From NCBI GenBank assembly GCA_964234715.1, contig OZ174287.1: a DNA stretch of 64,000 nt, one strand, 5' to 3'. Shown here piece after piece: positions 1 through 46,046 of the stretch. This DNA is from Podarcis melisellensis (lineage: Eukaryota). Below the pieces are notes generated by a model, which did not search any database, was not told the origin of the DNA, and saw nothing but the letters and a program-made list of their open reading frames with translations. A program made the position numbers and the translations under genes. How positions within the stretch are numbered: position 1 is the stretch's first letter; every line of letters starts with the position of its first letter.

Positions 1-448
1 GCCTTTAGGAATTTCCTAAGGCCACACTACCTCTTCCCAGTCTGCACACCACATGTCCTCTTTGAAAACTTTTGCCTGGCTGGAATGTGCCCTTGACCTT
101 TAATAACGACTCTTGTTTGCCTGGAGAGATGGGTGTGGGGTGTGCATGTATAAACTCCTGATTTCTGCATCACCCGCTGTACGCAAAGGTAACAGTCATA
201 TCCGTCGCTCTGTCCGCTTCTCCCTGGCCCCCACCCACTACTGGCATGTGGCCCTCAGAAGGTTGTGGCCAAAAGTTCCTGCAGCCCTAGAACGTGGGAG
301 CAAATTCTAGCTTCCCTTTCAGTGCAGTTTGAGAAGGGAAGGCTTACGGCTCAAAAGGGAGAAATGAGTTCCACTCTTTTAGGTAGTTGAACAGAGGAAG
401 GATTTGTAGCACACAATTTCTTAAAATCCTATTGAATAAAGGACTTAC

Positions 449-3400
449 CAGGAGCCAAACCTCGGCGCCCTCGGGTCTCTGTGAAGGCAGTTATCCGGGG
501 CCAGCTAATGGCAATTTCTTCCGCTAAGAGCAGAAAAAAGGTTGATAAGCCAAACAAGATACTTCTGGAGGATAAAATGTTTGGTTAGGCAGTGGCCTTT
601 GGATGCTATATAGCAGGGTTTCCCAAACTTGGGTCTCCGGCTATTTTGAAACTACAATTCCTATCATCCCTGACCACTGATCCTGCTAGCTAGGAATGAT
701 GGGAGCTGTAGTCCAAAAACAGCTGAAGACTCAAGTTTGGGAAACCCTGCTATATAGGGGAGAAGGTATTGACTTCTATATGGCCTTAAAAATCAGCAGC
801 TCTTTCCCCCCGCAAAAAAATGTATATAAACCAAAGTGCGGTCCCCACTATTTTGTTGGCATCCATCAGTCTTGGGAGACAAGGGAAAAGTGCGCCATTG
901 GAGGTAAAGTCAGTGATTGAGGCAAACTGGCATCACAACACAATTTCCATGTGATGACTTGAGATGCCACAGGGCTATTTTTAGTTCTGGGTAGATAAGG
1001 TTCGAGTTCAAGTCCGGCGGCACAGACATTTTAAGCAGTGAGATCCCTTACCCAGCGAGATCACTGTTTCATAGCTCTCCTGCATCTCGGCACACACGGG
1101 TACTCTCTTGCCAGAAATGACTGGAGTCCTTCTTCTTTCTCTTGGCAAAGGAGGCTCCTGATAAGCACCTAAATAATAATAAAAAAAGAACTGAAGGAGT
1201 TTGTGCCACGTCAATTTGTAGAAACCTTTCTACGGCAACCCAGTGTTCTTGATAATCATATCCATGTAGCAATGGTGTGAGATTGGAGGAGGCAGGTGGG
1301 GCAGAAAGAGAAAACGATGTGAGAGGGGCAAACTCTGTCGTATTATGACATGGGGACGGGTCTGATGAAGTGGCTTGGGCCTTGCAAAACTTTGGGATTG
1401 CATCCTTCTGTACATTTTCTGGGATATGCTGGAAGGGACCTATTGTGGGTGCTTTCCTCTAGAGAGGTGAAGTCTATGGCTGTTTGGTGCCAGGCTCTCT
1501 CAAGAGATGAGTCATAATTATGGAACAGCATTCCCAGGGAGGGACACCAAGAAGCAACTCCAGTGTTAGTCAAACTCAAGAGCAGACCCACTGAAATGAA
1601 TGGGCACCACTTAGCAATCTATTCTAAGTATGACTAACACTGGATTCAGCCATGTCTTATTTCTGTCCCCAGGTTTAAGGCCTGTTTATTCATTTGAACA
1701 ATTATATTTTTAATTTTGTTGGACTGGCAGAGCATATTTGCACAGCGTTTCTAAGCTACTCTGTGGCTTTTAGGTTTTTCTTTTTATAATCACTATACCA
1801 TTTAAATGGCTCTTGAAGAGTTTTCAGAGCACTTCATTAACCTCTTGGTAATCCACATAACAATCCAGTAATATAAGATCAGCTTCGTTATCCCCATGTT
1901 GCAGATGGGCTGGGGGAAGGACTGAGGCTGAGAGGTAACAGCTTGTTTAAGGGGATCCACTGCGCTGGTGGATAAGGGTAGAGATATAAATTCAAACAAA
2001 TGGCTGCTCAACATGGGAGACCGGTGACTTTTACTGAGGTGTGTACACCATACAATACACCAAGAGATTTTAAAATGGGAATGGAACTGAACCAACTAAT
2101 CAACAAGCTATTATTACACAACTTGTATTGTGGCATCCTTGAGGAAGGAATGGGAAGAGCATGTTACACTTCGTGATGTGATTACACATTTGACACACCC
2201 ACATGTGGTTAGATGCTCTTTGTTATATACACAGTGCACTATCTCACTGTACAGCAGTCAAACACTACAAAAGTCTGTGTTGTCTCTGGCTGCACCAGAC
2301 TGTAAGGTAGCTGAACCATGAACATGTCCATATATCACTACAGATTATTAGTCCTTAGAAAATCAAACCAAGGGAATGTTGAAATAAGACACAAAGTAAT
2401 TGCAGGGAATAAGTTGGTTACCTAAGACTTGTTCTCCATTGTTTACACTTGTAAAAAAAAAGCCTGTAAAGAAACCTGGGCCACTTTGAACATTATATCC
2501 AGCCAGGTTTTGTTCACATAATTCCACAATTAATGGACTAAATCATGTCAATTAATTTTGATGGGTCTGCTCTGAGTATGACTAAAACAGGATACAACCC
2601 TGTGGTTTTTAGGTATATACCTTTAAAAAAAAACACCCTCAAGTATATATCTAAAAATCGAAAGTGTGAATGTGATGAACAACTATTTAAAAACACACAC
2701 ATCACACACCTTGTTGTTGAAAAGCTTGGACTGGCCACAGCTCCCTATGGGGGAGGGGGTTGGAAACCTAGATCTCTGTGTAATGTGCAAAACAGCTCTT
2801 CATTTCTCTGTACTGTTAGTACTTTGTGTCCCCAAAACTGTTTGTTTAGTTATATTTTAGATCATGGTTCAAAATCCCCTCCAGTCCAGTTGGCTTATCT
2901 GGTGGTGCAAAAACACATGCACGTACAAAGGACAAAATATGAGCAAATGCCAGAGGGGCAGTGAAGTTTGTTGTGGCAAATATAAATCCTGTTGCATCCT
3001 AACGACAAAACAATTATATTACGGTAACACAAGCTTTCGTGGATTATAAACCACTTCCTCGACTGCATGGAGCGTTATCCCAACGGGCCCAAGCTAGTGT
3101 TAAATGTGTTCCAACTCTCTACGGATACTTTAAAAATAATTTTAAAAATGCAGCGTGGAAACAAAACTACCTCACTATGAGAACAAGTCCATGCAAAAGG
3201 CTGTGGGGGTGTTACGGAGGAATCGGAGCAATTCCTGGGGGCGCGGTGGGAGCCGGAGAGATGGAAAGAAGCCATAAATTATGGGGAGGGACGTACTTTG
3301 TTGGGAGGTAGCATCTTTTGAAAATTGAGTAAGGGGGACATGGGCAAATGGGTGCAAAGGTTACAAAAGGCAATCGCAATGAACTGGGCCCTCCTTGCCA

Positions 3401-6400
3401 CCCTTCAAGCTGACTCTCTTTCCCACATTGCATGAAACATCGCCCCCCGCCCTTCTAAGTCCAGGATCTTCGTGCAATGTCTTAAGTCCTGGCAGCAAAG
3501 GGGGAAACGGCTGCATCGAAATGCTGTTACCACCCCGCACCCTCCACCTCGGGGTCCATCTATGTCCTGCACAGCCTCCATTGTTTCCTCCTTGTGAATC
3601 GGACCTTGCAAAGGCGGCGACGGGAGGGTGGGGGCAGAGGAGATCGAAAAGGCCGGGTTGATCTTTTGCACCCCACCCCCCACCCGCGATCATTTACCTG
3701 CACCTAGCCAGGGACTGCAACGTGCGGCCTGCCTGAGAATGGTGAAGGCCGATTACAGAGAAATCCTCGCCCCCTTGCAGGGAGCTGGGATGAGAGGGGG
3801 GGTCTTAGGGGAAGCAGCTGCAAGCTGCAAAATCCAGGAAGCTCAATTCCACATCCTGGCTAGAGAAAAGAATAAAGAGAGAAAGACCTCCCCTTTCTCC
3901 TTCGGCAGCTAAGCAGGCCCTCTTGTGGCTGATGGGGTCTCTCTCCTGCATAAGGGACTCGGTGGCCGGCGCTCTCTCTTCCTGCTTCTCAAAGTTTCTG
4001 TCCTTCTTTTGGAAACTGGTGGGTTAAGGATTCTACCAAGTCATTTTGTGTTCCACATACTGTATAGATCAGACTCAATGCAACATGTGGATCCGAGTGA
4101 TCAGGAGTCGTGCTGTAGCCGCTTAATCCTTCTACTTCGTAAAAAACCCAAATATATCCTCCACAAAAACAAACCCAGTACTGTATTGATCAAACCCTAT
4201 TTAGGCCGTACATACGTGCTGTTGTTTTAAGATGTACAATGACTCAAATTTAACATATAAAGTATGAAAGTATACAAAATATTATTGTTAAATGACAGTT
4301 CCCCATCTTTGGTAGGAATTTCTCATTATTCTGGTCCCAAGTTTATCAAGAAATATCTAAAATCGTTAACTTTCTGGATAGCTTATCAGCTGGTTAGAAG
4401 CATGGTCTGACAACGCCAAGGCTGCAGGTTCGATCCCCATATGGGGCAGCTGCATAGTCCCACATTGCAGGGGCTTGGACTAGATGATCCTCAAGGCCCC
4501 ATCCAACTCTATGATTCTACCTGTTCAGGTTTCTCCACAACTGTCATTACTGAATATGCAGACTGATATCACAAAAGCTTGGCACTCTAAAGAACCTTTG
4601 ACATCCATGCTAGCTGCTGCTGGGATTTCAACAGGCCAGCAACGGAAAACTTTGGAGGGGGGGAAACTACATTTCTCTTTGTGGCATAAGAACTTACGGA
4701 CTTTGGCTATTGTGGAAAAAAAATAACACACCGGAGGGATTGGAAACCCAGAATGCATCTACGTCCTCTGACAGGGTTTTATTCCTTATGTTTTGGACAT
4801 AGATGGCCAACGTGCACCATCTACACCAGCTCAGGAAAAATGGATGTCTTGGTTTATATTAGTGTGTTACTACTCCCAACCTCTTTTTTTACATACGGTA
4901 TGTTATGGTGTCATACTCTGCTATTGTACTTTTACGTTGTCGGTAATGGTCATTATGCTTCAATAAAACTTTATTTATTTATTTATTTAAAAAGCTATTG
5001 TTAATAGGATGGAGTACCAGGGTACAGTGGCAGAGCAGGAGGGGCGGGTAGCATTGCATACCTGTTTTCCCAACGTGGAGGCAACCGGCCAGGGATGGTG
5101 TCTTGAGACAGTGATGACTCCTCACTTTCAGTTTCTATGGAGTCTCATAGACACCTGGCAGCTTCAGCTCAAAACCTCCTGAAGGAAGGAATGAAAATAC
5201 AAATACTGTACATACTGACTTTGAGCCAACGTCACCATCACATTAGGCCGCTGCTGAAGGAATTGCACTGCCTGCCAATGACCTACTAGGCTAGGTTCAA
5301 GATGCTGGTATTGGTGTACAAAACCCTATACAGCCTAGCAGGATACCTAAAAGATTGTCTCATCCTACACATACCCAGCTGACCACTGAGTTCTGTAGGA
5401 GTAGGCACAGTGCAGGTACTATCCTGTCAGGGGCTCCATTCCACATATCAGACAGAACCTACCCTATTGGCTTTTCAATGCCTGCTAAATATGTGGTTTT
5501 GCATGCAATTGCATGTGTGTGTGTGTGTGGTTTTTAAAGAATGTTTTATATATGTCATTATAATGCCAGTTGCTATGAAGTCCCTCGCAAGAAGTGATTC
5601 ATAAATGATATAAATAATAATAGCCAACCTAAAGGGTCTGTAATGTAGGCGGCAGAAACATGGAACACATGTGGGGGTAAAGAGAGTCAAAAATAATTTT
5701 GGAAAGGGAAATTATTTGGACAGGTCAGGGGGGGAAATTAACGGTTTGAGGATGAAATTGATTGAAAGGGACATCATGAGGGTTGTTTTTTTAAAGTAGT
5801 GAGCCTCTGCCTTGTACTCTGTTCATGACTTTGGGCAAGTAACTTCTCTCCATCTGGTCCAGTACATCTGGCCAGCCTTCCTGTTACTTGCGCTCCGCCA
5901 TCTGGTAGGTATTCAAATATACAGATATTCCTGAAGGTTGTGGCAAAGGGATCCCAATCTACCACTCCCAGTAAAGCCACAACGTGTGGCAATGTCATAA
6001 ACTTTATTGACCGGCATCCGGGAGGCAGGAATTTGTGAAAGGGAAAGACAGATGTGTGACACGGTCAACCAGTCACTCTAGCAATGCCTTATCCTGAGCC
6101 TTTGACAATGAGAGAAAAGAATGAGCGGTGCTTGGTATCTCAGAACACCCGCATAAGTGAAGGGAGAGACTGCAAGGACTGTGATCATACCCAGAAGAAC
6201 ACAGTGTGTGCAGGAGCAGCTTATTCAGCTGCCTGTATCTGAGCTGTGACCCCACAAGGCCAAAGTGCTCAGGAGTTTATGTCCAGCAGTGGTTGAAGCA
6301 GAGTGCCGGGCCTTTGCCAACAGAGAGCTTACCTACCTGTGAGGGTGAATGCGTCCCCTCTGTGTAAGAGACACTGCTCAATGCTGTTGGAGGAAAAGAG

Positions 6401-6998
6401 TGTTACAGCAATACCATTCTGACAAGACAATCACATAAGGCAAAGGTGGTCTGGCAGGTAGGGGACACATTTACAGGCAGCTTGCAAGCTTCAGCTCAGC
6501 AAGAGCTGACTGCAAATTAGAGCATAGACACTTAGGGTGGGCGGGCATCCTGCCACTACCCTCTCCCAATTAACCTCCATCTCCAGGGCCCACCCAACAT
6601 TATATCACCCTAAGTTTCAGGTTTGGGGCCTGAAATCTTAAAGAGTTTGGGGTAATCCTGACCTGGCAACCCTAATTAAAATTGCTATTGATGTAAACAT
6701 ATATATTAGATATAGGCCTATGCCACTTTGAGTGGGGATTTGAACCTTGGTCTTCCATTCCAGCTCCTAGCCCAACACTCTGACCATATACTACACTGGC
6801 TCACAGGGTCATCTGGGTCCTCCGGCCATCTGGGTGGAGGGAGAGAGCAATGAGGAAAAGGGCCTGCTGGTGGCATGGTCTCCTCAAAGGTACTTGCCTG
6901 ACATCTGCTTTGGCCTTATTGTTTCCCCAGACAAAAATAAATGAGTACATGCCACAAAATGACAGGATAATATCGATTCTCAGAACTGAAATGGCCAT
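449..6998 (-). CDS. Putative uncharacterised multi-exon gene with small phase-1 exons and a possible signal peptide; partial, probably continues left of the window
   Basis: Best exons: 523-449 (75 nt, ctcttag/gtaagt, AEEIAISWPRITAFTETRGRRGLAP), 1168-1052 (117 nt, tatttag/gtaagg, GAYQEPPLPRERRRTPVISGKRVPVCAEMQESYETVISL), 2463-2422 (42 nt, tttacag/gtaacc, GFFFTSVNNGEQVL). Weaker: 3314-3297, 3488-3402, 3604-3548, 5901-5818, 6383-6337, 6998-6898. No homologue recognised. Confidence 0.4.
614..749. mobile_element. 136-bp hAT-type MITE
   Basis: TIRs cagggtttcccaaacttg / caagtttgggaaaccctg; perfect 8-bp TSD ctatatag (606-613, 750-757). Confidence 0.9.
4374..4520 (+). mobile_element. tRNA-derived SINE with CR1-like tail (Squam3-like)
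   Basis: A-box/B-box head (gatagct...ggttaga; ggttcgatccc) followed by ttgcagggg..tggactagatgatcctc...ccaactctatgattcta. Family name assigned from memory. Confidence 0.75.
5212..5375 (+). mobile_element. L2-clade LINE ORF2 C-terminal fragment
   Basis: Translation HIRPLLKELHCLPMTY*ARFKMLVLVYKTLYSL resembles the L2 HITPxLxxLHWLP...FK motif. Confidence 0.65.
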
Positions 6999-8380
6999 GT
7001 AGAATGTGAAAGGCCTACAGTCTCTGTTAGATGTTATTTACCTGTTTTCCAACACCTTATTCAACAAATAATGAAAAGAAACGTGATGAAACACCGGTAG
7101 TGGCAATGAGAACCCTATTGGATGCCTTTCTCATTTTGCCTCATTGGCACGTTGGTACAGGTGAACAGGTGGGCCCTCCGTTAATATGCCAGGTTGTTTA
7201 TTTATTAAAAATATAGACTGCCTATTTATGAAAACATCTCAAGGCGGTTTACAGTAAAATCCATTAAAAATACCAAGCAAAAAACACACACACCAGCAGC
7301 CTTAACAGCCAGTACGTTTAACTGCATTACAGAAAATGGCTGGCCTCAGTGGTCAGCAAAGGCCTAAGTAAACAGGTACATTTTTAACATGTGTAGAAAC
7401 TACATCCTAGTTGGCACATCATGCCTCACACGCTACCGTGGGCACCAAAACAGAAAAGGCCCTCTATCTGACTGATCCCATGAGATGAGCTTTCACCGGC
7501 TCCTCATGACCTTAGTAACCAGGCAGGTCTGCATGGGAGGTTAAAAAGCAAGTCCCATTTCTGCCACTGGGAATTTCCCAGTGAAGCCAGATGAGAAAAC
7601 CGCCTGGGGTGGCTCAGGCTTAGCCAACCTATATCTTGCTGTCGAAGTGATCAAGTATTTGTTTTTATTTTACCTCACACTAATTTGATGTGTGGCAGGG
7701 TAACTAAATGATAGGCTGTGTTTAGGTGCATTCTTCATGTTTGAAGTTTTATTCTGTTTTTAATGTTCTGTTGAAAGCCGCCCAGAGTTGCTGGGGGAAA
7801 CCTGGCCAGATGGGTGGGGTAGAAATAATAAATTGTTGTTGTTGTTTACTTATTTATTTACTCCCCAGGAAATGTGTCAACGTTCATCTCCCCCAGGCAG
7901 TGAAGTGCGAGATTGAAAGAGTTGCTTCCGAAAACACACAGTGCTCCAGGGTCGTGCGGTCAGCACACTTTGAAGGCTGAGGGGACTCCCCCTCGCAGAC
8001 GCACTTTCTTGAGGGTGTGAAGCCCCTCTGGATGCGGAGTTGGGTTCCCATGTGAGAGAAAGAAGGAGAAGCGAGCCTGCCCAACCCCGCGCGACCGTCT
8101 CTCGGGAGGCGGTTGCTCGATAGTGGCGCCTCGCGCGCAGTGGCCCGAAGGTCCCGAGAGGCGCTTCTCTCGCTCGCTCGCTCCCTCCCAGGCTGAGCTC
8201 TGGCGGTTGCTTGTGAGGAGGCGGTCCCAGAGGAGGAGCCGGGCAGCTCGTTGAGAGCCGCCCCGCTTCGTCAGCTAGCCAGCCAGCCAGCCAGCGCCGC
8301 TTCCCTTTTTTTCTGTGGGGCGCGCTCGGAGCGCCTGACGGCCGTTGCCTCCTGTACCGACTTCCTCACTTCGGCTCCCC

Positions 8381-34851
<26,471 letters not shown>

Positions 34852-35737
34852 CGCTGCCACCTTCAGCACCCCTTCTGCACCTTGTGGTACTTTGGAATGG
34901 ACCGGCAGCCAGGCAATGCTTGTCCAAAATCCTCTGCCTCTATCAGGGCTGGGGGAGTTCTGCCCCCATTGTCTCATTTGGGGATTGGGGGGAAGCTTAT
35001 TCAGTATCCACCTGGGGATTATACAAGGCTTAAAAGCTCCTTTAGAGAGAAAAGTGAGCTCCTCTCCTTCCTCAGACCCCCCACCCCACCCTTTACCCTT
35101 CCTATGCGCTTTGCCTCTGGGACACTGGGAATTTTTGAGTTGCCTTCTACCTCTTAGCTGAGTCTCAGCAGCCTCCCTTGCAATGTCGGGTGGCTGCTAC
35201 TGCTGCTCAATTTTTAACCAAAGCTTCATCCATTCCAAACTGTCAGCCTTGCTTGCTGGCATTTAGTCTTTGCACTATCTCTTTTTTTGGGAGCAGGTTT
35301 GGTTTTTTTGTAACGGGAAGTTTGTTGTTAATATGTATTGGTGCCCTTCCTCTCTCTGAAACAGCATGGTTCTGAAGAGGGGTTTGTTTATTTTGCTGTT
35401 CTGTTAATGACAATCAGTTGATATTTCTTCCATGGTTCTCCAGCACGAAGTTTAAAAAGTGAATAGTGGAGACCTGTTCCTCTCTGGTCAGGCCACATGT
35501 ACTGCAGGAAACCTTTGAGGCCACCAGCCAAGGAGAGATTTGCTTGAGCCTTCTTGTCGCCCCCCACCCCAAGTGCCTTCAGTCCCCAAGCTCCTGGCCC
35601 CTCGGCACTTAAATCTAGAATATATCCTCCTTGCTTTCTGGTCCTTCTCTTGAGATGTAGTTGGCCAAGTAGGAGCTGATGGGAAGTTCACTCACTATGA
35701 ACAAGAATGTTACCAGTTTCTATGTTGAATGTTTTCT

Positions 35738-35743
35738 AATAAA
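35738..35743 (+). terminator. Likely polyadenylation signal of SMARCD2
   Basis: First AATAAA I found downstream of the stop codon, about 890 nt after it. Confidence 0.6.
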
Positions 35744-37129
35744 AGTACTCTTAAGCAGCAGCTTGAATTAAGCGTGCCTGATTTCTCTTCTGCCCTAACA
35801 AAAGGAGGCTGCTCTCGAGGAGCAGATGTACCTTTCAGCTGTAGCAGGATGAGGGAACTGTGGTTCACCAGGCATTGTTGGGCTACAGCGCCCATCATCT
35901 CTGGCCATGATGGTTAGGGTTGATGAGAATTAGGACGCCAGTGATATCCAATGGGCCACAGCTGCCACATCCTTGCTCTGCTTATGCAAGGTTCACTGCC
36001 ATGCTATAAGTGAGACACAAGTAACTCATAAGCTCTTACACTCAAGGTCCAGTTGAACAAGTATTACATGGAATACCAAATTCATTGCGAGAATCTCTAC
36101 AAAGCAGACAAGTTCTGGCTACCACAGTGTGACGATTTTTTCCGCAATGTGAAAATTTCAAACAACTAGTTCTTTGGAGTAGGTCTCCAGCTAATTGCTG
36201 CACCCTTGCCACATTTCTGCGCTCTGGCTTTTGGAGGTGGAAGAATGGGGAGAAGTAGACCTGCTGTCTCACAACAAGCTACTTCTTTAAATTTGCCCAC
36301 TTTGAAGCACTTGGGAACCTAGTATGCATTACTTTTTTCCAAGATTTCTTTTACGCAGCTTCATTTTAGCACTCAAAATTATATGTAACAAAATCTAGCT
36401 ACTGAATGCCATTTCTTTTTAGCTGTATTGTAGCCTTGTAGTGGTAGCCTGTTGTGCTCCAGATGTTGGACTCCTCCTTTTGAGGCATGCTGGCTGGAGC
36501 CAATGAGAACTGCCACTCAACATCAGGAAGGGCACAGGTTCCTCACCCTTGCACACATTTGTCTAAAATGACACCGAATTATAGAAATGTGTGATCTGAG
36601 TAACAATCCGAGGCCAGCAAATTTAATCAGTTCACTTTAAAATTTCTCCTGATCACAGTTTCTAGTTGAGTGCTCCAAAGACAGGCTTCCTTGAACAATA
36701 ACACTGTTTCATACAGATCATGATAAATCATAATCTCTCAGCAGTTCTCTTTTCATACCAACCCTATAAGGGCTCTAGGACAGAGAATTGATATTTGATG
36801 GGTCGAAAGACTCACAAGCCCACTCGTCATGATTTGAGGAAAAGATACACTGGGAAATACCAACACTTAGGCTGTTTAACATAGCATTCAATTAAGAATG
36901 GCATTAAAGAGGCTTTTCAAATATAGCTATTTGACCTTGGGCCTTAACAGTGCTTCAACATTTTACCTTCCCACAGTCAGTGGAGTGAAATCTATTGTAC
37001 CAAAAGACAGGTCTCTGCTTCTGCGAGCTAATTTTCTGTAGAACTGGAGGAATAGATAAGTATTTAAGCACAATTTTTTGTGCTTTCTTCTCCTTCCTCT
37101 ATTTACAAGCACAACTGTTAATATTAAGT

Positions 37130-37135
37130 TTTATT
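37130..37135 (-). terminator. Likely polyadenylation signal of PSMC5
   Basis: AATAAA on minus (tttatt on plus) about 83 nt past the PSMC5 stop. Confidence 0.7.
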
Positions 37136-37217
37136 AAGAGGGGGGAAGGACATTGGGGTGTAAAGATTACAGTGGAGAATGAGGTCGGAATTCACTTGCT
37201 TGGGTTGGGACAGCAAC

Positions 37218-45094
<7,877 letters not shown>

Positions 45095-45643
45095 TTTCCC
45101 CCTCGCCGGTATCCACATTCACTGAAAGGCGCATGCGCTCACTCAACGGCGGAAGCTGAGGGAAGGGAAGGCCTCCTCCGGAAGCGACGTTTGTTGACAC
45201 TTCTTGTATTCATATCTCTTAGTTTTCTTGCGGCGTTTAGGCGCTGCACATGCGTACGTACCTCCTTCCGCCTTAAGTCATTTTTGACATACTTTTGCTG
45301 CCATGTTGGTACGGTCCTTAGTACCTTAGATGGAAAAAAAGGGGAAACCGAATGACAGTTTGACGTACAGTAGTTGTCTTTCGGATTCCCTATGGTCCCC
45401 TAGGAGGTAAAACGTGATCTCTGCATAGCTTCCTGTCCGTTTGCATTTGGCGGGCGAGCGGGGTGGGGTGGGCGAGGACTCTGCCACACTCAAAATGGCT
45501 GTGATGATGCCGGCGAACGTAATTGTACAAACCGGAAGAGGAAGTGCTACGGGCTGCAGGAAGGATCAGATCAAGTTCCGAGCACGTGTGCGCGTAGTGG
45601 CTGCTTCTCTTCGCCGGAGGGACCCCCAGCTGCTGATTCCAAG
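45095..45643. promoter_or_regulatory. Bidirectional promoter shared by PSMC5 and FTSJ3
   Basis: 549 bp between divergent ATGs; CpG-rich; NRF1-type GCGCATGCGC 45129-45138; ETS/GABP-type CCGGAAG at 45178 and ACCGGAAGAGGAAGT at 45531; YY1-type AAAATGGCGG (minus, 45097-45088) and CAAAATGGCT near 45492. Confidence 0.85.
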
Positions 45644-46010
45644 ATGGGCAAGAAGCCCAAAGTGGGGAAGACCCGAAGGGACAAGTTCTATCACTTGGCC
45701 AAGGAGACTGGTGAGAAAATTGGGGTGTAGTTCTGATTTATTTGTTTACTTCCTTAAATGTAATAAACGACCCCAATGTATGTCTTGCCCTCATTCCCAG
45801 ATACGCGGGGATAGTTGCTCGACAGAGAGGAAAAGTTCAGAGACACTCTTTCCTCGCTCTTTGCCCTGTGAGGTAGTTACTATGGCTTAAGTCTTGGGCT
45901 GGGTTTGATTTGTGGATTAACGGGGGCCCCGGATGGGTGGTTGAAGTTGAAACTGTTCCACTCCGGGATAGCTGAGTCGGTAGAACATGAGACATAATAA
46001 TAACAATAAC

Positions 46011-46046
<36 letters not shown>

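Noticed and set aside
1069-1428. Roughly 120-codon open stretch on minus starting at an acceptor-like site
   Set aside because: It runs through a clear polypyrimidine/AG acceptor at 1169 and has no good donor in the needed phase; left out of the model.
1-8000. TCAM1/ICAM or growth hormone gene expected from mammalian synteny
   Set aside because: No Ig-domain-sized exons with Cys/Trp motifs and no GH-like peptide seen in any frame.
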